A stretch of 63,580 nt of DNA, the filler included, from Reticulomyxa filosa (lineage: Eukaryota > Protista > Foraminifera), in NCBI GenBank assembly GCA_000512085.1. It is 16 parts of 16 records of this genome, joined end to end, with 100 filler letters (N's around TTAATTAATTAA, not from the genome) between each part and the next. Parts side by side here need not be neighbours in the genome. Positions count along the whole stretch, not along the records: positions 38,881 to 40,471 come from ASPP01025045.1; positions 40,572 to 48,507 come from ASPP01045374.1; positions 48,608 to 51,468 come from ASPP01008070.1; 13 more parts are not named here. The stretch is one strand, 5' to 3'. This document shows positions 39,077-51,445 of this stretch, one piece after another (position 1 is the stretch's first letter; every line of letters starts with the position of its first letter). The notes below the pieces were generated by a model, which was not told the origin of the DNA, searched no databases, and worked only from the letters and a program-made list of their open reading frames with translations. The position numbers and the translations under genes were made by a program.

Positions 39077-40471
39077 TTAGCCAATTGCATCCAAATGTTG
39101 AACATCAAAATCATACTTAATTTGTACTTCATGTTCAACATACTCTTTTCCTTTCACTGTTATTGTCACTCGAATCAATGTTTCACCAAAACAAAAACGA
39201 ACATAAAGTCTATCCTTTACATCATCAAAATCTTTTGGATATGGGATTTTGATACTTACTAAATGTTTGCATCTAGTAATCGCTCCTGGATCTTCTTCCT
39301 CACTACGGTAGATTGTGACGTGAATATTTTTTCCTTCTTTACTTTCTTTGGAGTATCTTTGTTCAATCATCTATAAAGATGAAACAAATTAATATCGATA
39401 TTTGATATTCAAAACATAACAGATACGACAATTTTAAACTTGTCCTACTTTCACTTCTTTATCTTTATTCACAAATACACGGAAACAACTAATGTACACT
39501 TTATTTTTAATATTATTAATAAATTTGTATTTGTTGATATAATCTTCATTGATTTTTGGATGAGATCGAGCTTTTTCTATTGACCAACCACAGCCAGTCC
39601 CATAAGTGTATTTAACAATTCTGGAAGTGATGAAAGGAATTCTTGCCAATTGGGCAGCTCCTTGTACTACTGAAAAAACAGGTCGTTTAGGCATTACAAC
39701 TTTATATTTGGACTCATAATGTTGTTTGAGTTTGTGTTGCAAATAAGGAGATTGACTAAATCCACCCACCAAACATATACATTTCAATTTCCCACTCAAT
39801 ATTTTTTCATTTTTTTTTAACATTTCATCCATTTTTTTAATTATCGGATCAATTCTTAAATCAAACAACTTTATCCACAATTCGCAAGAAAGTAATAAAT
39901 CTTCACCATCGTATGAATGTCTATAATTTTAAAACTATATAAGTAATGACAAAATAAAATAAATAAAAACTGACCCAAATTCTCCAAGATATTTAAAATT
40001 AGAAACCAATTTTTCCAAATTGCCAGAGATGTTTTCTTGCATAAATTGACTAAATTCATATGGAATTTCAATTTTATGGGTTCCTGTTGTCTTTTTATTA
40101 TTGAAGAATCGTTGTTTACCGTTTTCAATATTTTCCAATAATTTTAAATAATGTGTTGGATGTGTTGCTTGGAATTTCCTCATTTTCTTTTCGCCAGATT
40201 TTGTTTGAAATATTTCATCAAATATAATTTCAATATCTTTATCAATATAAGAACTCCCCCCAAGGCCCTCCAAATGAAGAGATAATTTCTCTCACCTCAA
40301 ATGGCCCTACGATTTCATGACATACAATATCAGCAGTCCCTGCTCCCAAGTCCATCATTATATGGCAATCTCCTGTTTCGAATTGAACAATATTTGGATT
40401 CTCTTTCATTTCAAGCATTACACACATGCTTGCACATTCGGGTTCAAGTACAATTAAGTAATTGATTAGGG
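39077..40471 (-). CDS. HSPA12-like atypical Hsp70 (C-terminal part); 1-nt frameshift in a G6 run (40256-40261)
   Basis: LIVLEPECAS, MMDLGAGTADIVCH, GGPWG/SSYID, ICLVGGFSQSPYLQ, VVQGAA..ITSRIVKYTYG, FCFGETLIRV. Confidence 0.85.
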
Positions 40472-40571
40472 NNNNNNNNNNNNNNNNNNNNNNNNNNNNN
40501 NNNNNNNNNNNNNNNTTAATTAATTAANNNNNNNNNNNNNNNNNNNNNNNNNNNNNNNNNNNNNNNNNNNN

Positions 40572-40838
40572 TGCCATTGCTATGGCTATTGTTGCTATTA
40601 CTGCCACTGCCGTTGCTGTTACCATTATTTGTCCCAATGCCAATGGTATTGCTATTGCTAGTGCTACTGTTGAGTTTGCTGTTAAGTTTGCTATCGTTGC
40701 CATTGCCAGTGGAATTGGTAGAATTAACGATCATATCTGTGCTGTTTTGTATTTTGCTATTCACTTCCTCTGTGCCATTGCTATTGCTTGAATTCGTTGT
40801 ACTATTTGTCGACACAAAATTATTCGCGTTTTCACTCA
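40572..40838 (-). CDS. N-terminus of an Asn/Ser-rich hypothetical protein (3' truncated)
   Basis: MSENANNFVSTNS... open to the contig end. Confidence 0.45.
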
Positions 40839-41870
40839 TCTTTTGTATACGTACGCTTTTTTTGCTGGTCTGTCTTCCCCACCCCATCAAAAAAAAAAAC
40901 TTTTAACAAAACTTTTATGCTAAAAACCAAAAAAAAAAAAAAAACAACAACCAAAAAAAAAATTACGTATGAAACCTTTCCCTCATTTTTTTTTTCTCGC
41001 AAAGCAAAATGAAACGTGGTTGTTTTTTTTGTGGTTTGCTGTGAGAAAAACAAGTTGTATGATTGTGTTTGTGTTGTTTTCTGTTCTGGTGTGTTTGAGT
41101 GCGAATGTGCGTGGAATACATGTTGTGCCTAAAAATGTGTATTGGAAAAAAAAATGAATATGGATTTGGTGTACTTGTGGATGGACAAAAATCACCTTAA
41201 CGGCATTTAGTCGTTGCTTCTGGCGTCATACACATACTATTACACTATAAGACCATTTCAAGGTGCGTTTACGCAACTTTCAAAGAAATTTTGCTCTTCT
41301 TTTCTTCCTCCTCTCGCAAAGACAAGAAACTTGGAAGAGGAAAAAAAAAATCAAAACTTGATAATAATCCGTAATAATTTGAAAAAAAGAAATTAACACT
41401 AAACGAATAAAAAGAACTAAAAAAAAAACAACGCATGAATTCGTAACTGTGTGTTTTGTGTGTTTATCTATGATGTTTGCACGAAAATAAATGTGTGTAA
41501 CGATCGTGATAATATATGCTGATGAAAACAAAAAATTACAATAAAAAGGGAGATTAACAGCACGTTGCACTTTTTATCGTTCCACAGAAACAAAAATACG
41601 CTTAGTTTTCTTTTATCCTGAAACGTTTAAAAAAGATTGATTTATTCGCTGTTAAGTTTGAATTAACCAGGGAAAACAAGGATGACGCAAAAAGTAGTGG
41701 AATACATTCATACATTATCGTGGATAATCTTCACATCCTTCTGAGTGCCAAAAATCCAGCATGGATCAAAAACTTTTTGCCATGCCCAAAACAACATACA
41801 CGGCAAATATTTCGCCTTCGCAAGTAACAACAAAAAATACCAAACTTTTTAAAAAAGAGTACATCTGTAT

Positions 41871-43135
41871 TCAATAGGTATTGCAAACTTGACATTGTTG
41901 AATCGGAAAACAATAAAAGTAATAAACATTGATAACACGCCCATTATTTTTCTTTTTTCTGTGAAACATTTTGAATTTGGAGTTGGGATGTCTAGCAGTG
42001 CGAAGAATTCTTTCACAAGTAATCAAATCTTTTGGACAATCAGAAGACACTCGATCTAAATATAATTTGCAAAATACAGCATAAAATTCAGAAGCAGTGA
42101 ACCATCTCTTATTAAATTCATTTTCAATGATACAAGCTGTCATATCCACAACTGTATCTTGTTTCTTTGCTTCTGTCTTTTCATCTTCACTGCTTTGCGA
42201 ATCATGACGAGGTGGGTCTAACACAATTGACTGTTTTTGAGGTTTTGGTCCACGCGTTGGAACTTCTGTTGATCCATGATGTGGAGGAGTTGCACTTTTT
42301 TTTTTTGAGTTGTTGTAAGATGATTCTATTCATGAATGTGGAACAACAGAAAATGTCATATACTTTATTGATTTAATTCTTTATATTTGTTATTTATACA
42401 CAATCAAATAATAAAGTATACCTTTGGGTTCTTTCTTCTCATTATTGTCCTCATCACTGGAAAAAGAAGAGGAGGAATATGAATAATATTCTTCCTCTTG
42501 TTCTTCCTTATCCTTGTACTGAGTTATTATAATTTGTACAAACTCCTCAAATACAGGAAAAGGCTTTTCTTTTTTTTCCCAGACACACTCATTCTCAAGT
42601 CCCCAGTTGAAACGAATTATTCGTTCTATTCCTGCTTTGATCATATTCCAATCGAACACAAAGCACAGCTCCAATTGATAGAATTTATACAATTTTTCAC
42701 ATTTATAAACTATTTGTTCCCTCGTCAGAGGCAGTTTTTTATTTTCCAAATTATAAAAACATTGTTCAACAAGCTTATTTGCTATTTCTCCAGCTCTGTC
42801 AACCTTAAAATATTCATTTCTTGCACTACGATTTGCCAAAAATAAAACATCATCAGCACTCACTTTACTTTCTGTTGTCTTTTCTTTTGCTTTTGTTTTG
42901 TTCATTGTATTATTATTTGTGATGCTGTCATTCTTAAAAAAAACTTCAGACAAAAAAAAAGGAGTAAACTGGAAGAGCTCAAAATAAAGTCAATAAATTG
43001 AAATATTTTTCCATTGTTAATAATTTCCAATGAACCTTCACCTGCACCAAATAGGTCTTTCCAATGCTTGAATTTTCTTTCCATATTCCCTGTAACATAA
43101 ACACAATTACAACGCTTTTTTTTTTTATACTCCAT
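41871..43135 (-). CDS. Hypothetical protein(s), multi-exon
   Basis: Co-oriented ORFs 42902-43135, 42390-42953 and 41871-42224 with protein-like composition; exon joins uncertain. Confidence 0.4.
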
Positions 43136-43170
43136 TTTGATACACCCTCTTTTCTTGTCTTGTTTTTTTT

Positions 43171-44202
43171 TTAACGTATAATGAGATTATCCAAAATGAC
43201 AATTCCCTTCGAATGATCATTTACCTTATACCGATCGATAGACGTTGGTTTCACCAAACATTGAAATTGACTTTCACGATAAGGCCATTCAATTACCATT
43301 TTTTTACTGTTCGATAGTGAATATTCAATTATTAATTTAAAAAATTCTTTAATGATACCCAATGCAAAAATTGAAGCATTGGTTTGTTGCTGTGTCTTTT
43401 TCAATTTCTCAAACAAATGAGCACAAACAATTTCTAAAGAGTTGTTTGAAAGATGGTGTTTACCTTTCATTGCGACATATTGCCATGATTTCAAAAACAA
43501 CACAGCCAATCGAGTATTTCTTCCAACCAATTCCTCTCTCATGTAATATACTCGAAGTAATGATAATGATGCACTCATGTTCTTTTCTAAAAATCTTTTA
43601 TATAATTTACTTATTTTATCCACATTTTCGATATGTTTTTGATGTATTGGTGCTTCCTCGATCAAATCATTGGCAGCAATTTGCAATTGGTCTAGAGAGA
43701 ATGAATATACATGAACATTGTTTTGGATGTAATGAAATTCACAATATTGTCTTTTCGAAAAAGTCCAAGCTACTACAATATGATATTCCAACCCTTTCCA
43801 ATTAATTTTCAATGACGATTTCGAATGTCGTAGTATTTTTATTTTATTTGTACAAAGTTCTTTTATTATTTTGCCGATGATTTGCTTAATCCATTTGAGA
43901 ATGTCATTGTGTTTTTTTTGGAGTGAATCAATATTATTATAATCCAAATGTTTTTCTTTTAGATGATGTAAGAATACCAAATATCCACAAGATACATTAG
44001 GAATGACAAGTTGTTTTTGTACACATCCAGATAATATCACTCCATAAACACATGAAAATGGGCTTTTTTTGTTGTAGTATGACGTTTCTTTGTGTTTGTC
44101 CAGTAAACTGTTCACAAGGTCGTTGGCAAGCTCATAATACAACCCAGTGATAACTGTTTGATCTTTGAGTTTTCTTTCCAGGGAAGTCTGATATGCCGTC
44201 AT
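43171..44202 (-). CDS. Intronless 2'-5' oligoadenylate synthetase (OAS)/DZF-fold protein with degenerate catalytic motifs
   Basis: Colinear OAS-like blocks: [94 protein letters not shown]. Confidence 0.65.
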   Translation of the reverse strand: [343 protein letters not shown]

Positions 44203-44542
44203 GTTAAAAAAAAGAGATGAGCTTCTCTAGAGTTTTTGTTTTGTTGGACGTAGAAAGCTGAGAACACGTTGCACAATGCAAGTACTACCATATATATTTC
44301 AAAAAAAATAAAAACAATAGTTAATTGAAATAATTGTTATCAAATGTTATGCAATTTTAAAAAATTTAGATCTAATTATTTTAATAATCAGTAATGCATA
44401 GAAGACAAGTGGAAACAGCACTAGTATTAATCTTTTTGATATGCAGTAATAGAATGTCTTAAACAAATAACAACGACAGTAAATGAGACTTTGAACATTC
44501 TAAAATTTTTTGTTGTATTTTTCGGAAACTTTACATAATATA

Positions 44543-46099
44543 CAGTTGCGACAAAAAAAAATTAGCTAACCCTAAAATATAAACTTTTTGTGTTTCTAAC
44601 GAAAATTTTAGTAGCAAATTGTAATTATTTTTTCTGGTTTACTGGATATACATTTACACTTTTATAAGTAGTTTGTAAAAACAATAAACACAAATTTAGA
44701 AAAGTTGTTTGAAGAAAAAAAATTTTCAAAAATGATTGGAATTGATGCAATATCTCCACATCACCTTGAGGTAGGTAGCAGAATGTATTTGCTTTTTACA
44801 AAATTATTTACAAGAAGATTCTTCCAAAGTAGATATATAATAACTACCGTTACAAACAAACAAAAATTCTTAATATTTCGTATGCTAACCGCTTGCTTTG
44901 ATCAAAGCTTTTATCATATCAGGCATGGATTCCACTAACGTTCTACAAATATCTTTGCCAATTTCTTCAAATTCTTTCTCAAACACATCCTAAAGCTGCT
45001 CTAAAGATGTAACTTCATGGTTTTGGTGGATCTTCATCTTTATAATTCGCCACGTATTCTCGATCGGATTGAGGTCTGAGATGATTATTCAAAAATTCAA
45101 TAGTTGAATTTGACTTGTGACAAGATGTATCGTCTTGCTGAAAGATAAAGTCATCATGATACTTTTCTTCTAGACAATATTGACTATAGTTCCACATTTC
45201 GTCAGCGAGAATCTCTTTATACAACTCAGAGTTAACATTTTCTGTGATTTTGGCAGCGTCCACAAATCATCATGTTTCATCCATCACCTTTCACAGTAGG
45301 CTTAGTAGTACGATCGGAAATCATTTCATTAGGTCTTCGCCAAATGTATTCTTTTCCGTCACTTCAGAAACGATTTATTTTTGTTTCATGGAAAAAATCA
45401 CTTTTATACAATCACTTTTGGCCATGATTTGTGTTTTTTGGCGTAAATTTTTATTGCGCTTAGTTAATTGATGCTTTTTGATATTTATGCGACCATTTAA
45501 ACACTGGGGTTTTAAAATGTTTTTCACAATGCTCAATGAGAACGATTATATGTTCGTGCTGTTTGTGCATCTCCAGAGTAAATAAAGCGCATCGCAAGCA
45601 TAGCATTTTTATCAGTCCACTTTTTAGGACATCCAGAACATCTTTTGCGTGTAATCCTTCCACTGTTGAGGATGCTGATGTAAACTTTTTGCTTTGTCAT
45701 GATTTATCACAAATTGCTGGCTAGCATCACGATACGACATTGTCATACGTATTCTTTCAAATAAAATTCATTGTTGTATTTCAGACAGCTTGTGAGTCAT
45801 GACTAGAAGCCAAAGAATAACAATAAAAACAAAAAACTTGTTGGAATGTTGAAAAAGAAAAACTTAGATGGAAAATTGTGACTGCAACTAAAGCAAGTCC
45901 AACATGAAAACTATATCCTTCCAATCATTTTTCAACAACTTTTCTAAATTTGTGTTTATTGTTTTTACAAACTACTTATAAAAGTGTAAACGTACATCAG
46001 TAAACCAGAAAAAATAATCAAAATTTGCTACTAAAATTTTCGTTAGAAACACAAAAAGTTCATATTGTATGATTGGCTAATTTTTTTTTGTCGCAACTG
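44543..46099 (-). mobile_element. Tc1/mariner DNA transposon, non-autonomous relic with ~200-bp TIRs and TA target duplication
   Basis: TA|CAGTTGCGACAAAAA...TTTTTGTCGCAACTG|TA. TIRs ~44543-44745 and ~45915-46099 are near-perfect inverted copies. Confidence 0.95.
44870..45800 (-). pseudogene. Degenerate Tc1-type DDE transposase
   Basis: FIFQQDDTSCHKS, SDLNPIENTWRIIK and the C-terminal VESMPDMIKALIKASG*HTKY* lie in different frames, with stops and deletions. Confidence 0.9.
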
Positions 46100-47419
46100 T
46101 AGATATGTTCAAAATTCTAAAATTTGAGAAATTACTCTTCTTTATTTTGTATATTTTCATTTTTTGAATTTTTTTGCCTTCTAAAACTTTGTTTTGCTTA
46201 TATTTATTTTGATGATATAAAGAACATAATCTTACACATATCGGTCCTTTTTTCTTGTAGAATTCGCTTAACACGCGATTTTTTAATTGTACAATTTTTT
46301 TAAATTCTTTTTTCTTCCATCCTAAAATGCCATCTTATGAATATTATTGATTTTCTCAGTGAAAAACAAAAAAGCAAACTCTGAAGATAGTCATATCAAG
46401 ACTGCAAGCAATTTGAAAAGGCTCAGCTGTAAGAATGAACAGCAGATTTTTTTAAAAAAAAGTGAAGCAGTTTTGGGAAGGGTTTTCAATCCCTGAGCCT
46501 GCTTCTCAAGTGGTCTGTCTACACAGTTGTAATTTTTTTGGTGAATATTTACTATCCTTTCTTTGTTTGTTGCGTAGGGTTATATTTTAGTATATCAGTT
46601 CTTGTGCAGTATTTTCTTGTGCTTGTAAGATGTCAAATTCAGGTTAGTAACGAAAACAATATAAACGAAAGCTCTATTATTTCACTTTTTTGCTGTTGGC
46701 AAAAAAGAAAAAACTAGTGTCAAACCGATAGATGAGAAAGACAGATCACTGGAAATGAGAGAAGACACTAAGGGTCATGGAGATGACACCATGAATTCAG
46801 ATAAGAGAAATGGTCGTCCAACTCAGGTTTGTAGTAATTGTGAGAAACAAGTTTACAAAATTACACAAAGCTCTTTTTTTTTAATGTTGTTACTCCAAAT
46901 AGCCCCTTTCAGACTCTGAAAATATGAGCAGCGAAATCCTTGAAGTTTTGTTTTTTGATATTTCAAAATTGACCTGATCCTTTTTTGGCTTTTGCACTTT
47001 TTTGAAAAAAGTTTGAAGCAACGATGAGTAGAGCAGAAAAAAACAACTCCAATTTTTCTATATAAAATGGACAAAAAAAAAAGATGGATCCTTACCATAT
47101 ACGATATATTGGTGAAATTGACAAAGCAAAATCTTCTAACAAATCAGTTTAACATATAAAAAGTCCGTCATACAACATAAACATAAACTTTGTTTAAAAA
47201 AATGCGTGTGTGGTGTACCAAACAAGCAACAAATATGCATCTATGCGTGTCAGTGCGCATCACAAAAAAAGGAGGCACTGTTTATGGAGATTTTGCAACG
47301 GTATCACAAGCACATCAAATGGGACGAATCATTTGAATTTAACTCTTGCCAGGTGACAAAACGTGGAGGGAATTGTTGAAAAAACATAGACTTAAATATA
47401 CGTGTGTTTGTGTAAAAAG

Positions 47420-48507
47420 GACACACTATTGGCGCATTTGGTATGCCCGTTGACAGGGAACAATGTGAAATGTGCACGGTATTTGTTGGAAACAGGATTT
47501 ATGGATCTAAAGGTGTATCAATACGTATTTGATGACGCATTACAAACAGCAATTTCATTTCAAAACACACCAGGGATAAAGATACTATTAGCAGAAAAGT
47601 TTTCAAACAAGAAAGATAAAGTGATGCGTGATTATGCAATGAAGCAAATGGTGGAAAAAAGTAAGTGTGGTCAATTGTATGACGAATTAAAGAGGCAGGC
47701 CGAATTAATTGAAAAGGATAAATCCAGTCAGACTGTATTGAATCTAATTATGAAAGTGCTAACCAAAACTATGACTGTCATGATCAATCAAGGCAAGATC
47801 CTAAGCAGTGACGTGTTCAATCTGTGTTGGTTGCACAACAAAGACGAAATAGGAGATGTCATGCTCAAAAAGTGCGAACAATTATTAAACATTGAAAAGT
47901 TGTACAATAATATAAACGATCAAAAATGGTTGGAAGAGTATGTCGTGAACAATCGGAATTTGTTGCTTTGGATGGATGAAGTGAAAGGATCTGAGAACGA
48001 GAATAAAGAAGAAAATACAACCACTGATAACAAAAATCAAAATAAAACATCTAACAAATGCGTAAAGTGGCACGATCTTCAAAATAAATGTAATGATGAA
48101 ATCGAAAAAGCAGAGAAAAAACTTAAGGCCGCACTTGAAAAAGAGATTACATCGAGTAAAGAATCTCTGGACAATTACAAGAAACTGACTCAGTTCAAAT
48201 GGGACGTGCGATTAGCAAAAGAATGTCGTCAAGACAGTGATTCCAATGGTGTGCAAAGCACATTCAACGAACAAGAGTTGTTGAATATGCAAATCAACAG
48301 CGACGATGCGACCTTTAATCTCAAATATGTTTATGATTTTGAGATATATTTGAACGATTTATTGGCCAGGGCTCACATCATGAACGATCCCTTCCAAGCT
48401 GAAATGAAAAATATTTTTCGCGGCTGTGAAGGATGCAAATTCGAGCCAGGCCCAATTAAAACACACAAGCGATGCAAATTGAAAGCACAAGTAGAATACA
48501 AAGATAA
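47420..48507 (+). CDS. Ankyrin-like/helical protein ending in the start of a RelA/SpoT-like domain (3' truncated; upstream small exons probably from ~46630)
   Basis: NNVKCARYLLETG and ALQTAISFQNTPGIKILL are ankyrin-like. The C-terminal YLNDLLARAH..PGPIKTHKRCKLKAQVEYKD parallels the NLR segment NLEDLINRS..PPQVKDITRLSEKIKYDY. Confidence 0.6.
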
Positions 48508-48607
48508 NNNNNNNNNNNNNNNNNNNNNNNNNNNNNNNNNNNNNNNNNNNNTTAATTAATTAANNNNNNNNNNNNNNNNNNNNNNNNNNNNNNNNNNNNN
48601 NNNNNNN

Positions 48608-48649
<42 letters not shown>

Positions 48650-49255
48650 CGTGTTATGACAAAAAAGTGGGTAAAAATGGTCCATACCATAAAAGTTGAA
48701 CATTTCGACAGTAAGCAAACAGTCGCCACTTGGAGAGAACAAAGGAATAACGGTGGCCCTTTTGTAAAAAAGATGATACATAACGAAGGACACAAATTCG
48801 TACATTAGGTCAGTACTGATGCTGGTCGTGGTGATGGTGGAGGAACGTTGGTAGCATTGCAAACAATAGGAAAGTAGCGCTGAGCCCAACTCTGCTTCTT
48901 TTTCGTCAGGTGTCGATCCATTGTCTATCATGTCATGGTAGTTTGGATCGATCCAGTAACCTTCACTTTCATTGGTTGCTGCTGTCACCGCCGTGACGTC
49001 CCCATTCCCACTTGCCTCTTTGTCCAACAACAACTTCGATGTGCTGGCACTCGCCTTTTGGTGCGCCAGCATTGCTTGGAATTGGTTATTGTCCAGTAAT
49101 ACTGATACCTCTGTTTTGTCAATGTTTGGCTGTCCGATCATGTGCTGGAACTGCTGCATCAAGTCACAGCCAAACAGTTCGTGTTGAATTTTAGCTGGAG
49201 ACTTGTGTCTTAAAGCAGGCATATTTCCCTTGTGCAATATTATACCACGCAGCAT
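48650..49255 (-). CDS. First exon of a hypothetical protein (3' truncated)
   Basis: ATG 49255; ~200-aa GC-richer frame ending at a GT donor and T-run. Confidence 0.55.
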
Positions 49256-50851
49256 TTATTTATTATTTCGCTTTTTTTGCTCTCTCGCTCTTGATCAATT
49301 AACTATTCGCTTTTAGGGAGACTTTTTGACTCAACACTATTTGCGGGTTTACCTTGTTTTTTTTTTTGGAGTATAGCAGTGTACTGCAAATACTTGTTTA
49401 AAACGGGATATGAAAATATTAAGGTTATTGGCAAACTGATCAAGTAATAAACAATATTATTAAAAAAATAAGACAAAATGTTTTTTCACAACATTGGGAT
49501 GTAGACTGTTTAAGAGAAAACACTACAAACTGGATGATAATATCCCTAAAAGCTAGGATTTTTTCCAGTAACTTGATGAAAAACGATTGGTTTGGACCAA
49601 AAACACTTTCGTTTTTATAACATATACACAACCACAGACTGGTAGCCTTTTTTTTGGTCCATCTGCTTTACATTTACACACTGTGCGTTACTTGCAAATT
49701 TCATTTTTGAAAATAACACATTCCAAACATGGATCACACGTTGGTGTGGCCTTTTTTTCTCCTTTTCGTTTTCTATGTTTCTAGATCCCTCTTTGGGCTT
49801 TGCCCTTCTCGAATTTTTTCAGGTTTTAATGGTGTCAATCTTTTTTATTATTTTTCTGTGACGGTCAATCTCTTCCGTTCTTTTCGCTTCTGTGATACGT
49901 CATCCTTCACTTATTGTTTTTTTTCTTTACAGTTTTTGACAGAAACCTTGTCTTAGTCGTTGAAAAGACTAACTGTTGGTCCGTCTTGTGCATATTTCTG
50001 ATAAGATTGTTGCTAATAACAAATGATTTTTTCTTCTCCCCCCCACTGAGGAACGGGTAGCATTTTACTACCTAATTTTGAACTTGTAACAAGGTAGATA
50101 AGTTAGCAGCTTTGGAATTTCCTCAATATCGTCTATCAGTATCTGTAAAGCACAATTTTCTGATAAGTGTGTGTTGCAAGATAATGCAGGCCGATTATAT
50201 ATGTCGTTCTTTGCTAGATGTCCTCAGGAACAATGACAGCTTATATTTTGTTTTTTTTTTTAAATTTGAATAAATGCATGAATCACAAGTGATTCAGCAA
50301 ACAAGAATCGCGTAACGAAGAAAAATCAATAAGAAAAAAAAATGAGCGGAGAAGAGAAAGAGGCAAAGGGGATAAAGAGAAGGGAGGACCAAGGAAATGG
50401 GGAATAGAGAGAAGGAGTGTACTAAGAAAGAGACAAAAAAAACAACAACAAATCAAATCAAATCAAATCAAAACAAAACAAAACAAAAACAAGGCAAAAG
50501 AAAGAAAAGTGAACGTGTGATTTACAAAGCAAAAAGATATAAGCAACAACAAAACCACGGAACCCACAAAAAAGTTATTAATATAATGATAATAATAAAA
50601 TAATACTAAGCAAGATTTGGCTGTACAAAAATGCAATGTGAAGCGAAGAAGAAAGAAGAAATTTTTTTTTTCATGTGTGTGTGTGTGTATGTGTGTATGT
50701 ATGTAATTTGGTTGTATGTTTTAATAAACATGTGAGCGTTTCATTACCCATGATCAAAAGAACTTTTTTTGTTTGTTTGTTTTTAAATTGACCCCTTTGC
50801 CTCTCTCTCTCTTTTCTAAATTTCATCATTTAATAAAATTATATATTTTTG

Positions 50852-50898
<47 letters not shown>

Positions 50899-51129
50899 TT
50901 TGTTTGTTTGTTTTTGTTAACCCTCTTTTTATTTTGAAAATTGTAGAATAAATATGGGCATTTTTTTGTTTTTTGGGTATGCTTTGTGCATAAGCTCTTC
51001 TCTCGCTCCCTCCCTTTCCTTTTTTCCTTTCTCTTCCTCTTTTTATTTTTCTTTTTCTTTTTCTTTTTCTCTTTTTCTTTGTTTCTGTTTTTCTTTTTCT
51101 CTCCTTCTCTCCCTCCTCCCCATAGCAAG

Positions 51130-51445
51130 TCAAAACTCTGGACAGAACCTTCCATTGTTCCGCTCTTGGAATTTGATTCTGGCATGTTGATAAAAGACCT
51201 CCATGAACTTATCCCAATAGTACTTGCCGCAGCCAGTGGGTTCGTAGTGGTTGTGTGTCAAGAAGCGTCCAAAGGAAATGGTCTGAAAGATGAGAGGAAT
51301 GAAAAGAGGATAAAAAAACTCTCTTGCTGAGGAAGAGTGAAAGGGGGATTCCACAATATTTTTTTGTAAGGACATGGCAATGAGCACTGACAAGCCAATG
51401 TACCGAATGATTGCATAAATAAACCGAAACACTGGTTTGGCCTAT
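51130..51445 (-). CDS. Terminal exon of a hypothetical membrane protein
   Basis: 100-aa ORF with hydrophobic segments after an A-rich AG acceptor. Confidence 0.4.

Noticed and set aside
46415-46510. Short inverted repeats (aggctcag/ctgagcct, gaagcag/ctgcttc) as an ncRNA
   Set aside because: Stems are short and mutually overlapping, with no recognisable family motif; insufficient support.
50397-51330. Lys-rich and Phe-rich ORFs (also 26078-26542, 12030-12405, 31468-32280)
   Set aside because: Products of A/T homopolymers, microsatellites or antisense frames of low-complexity exons.
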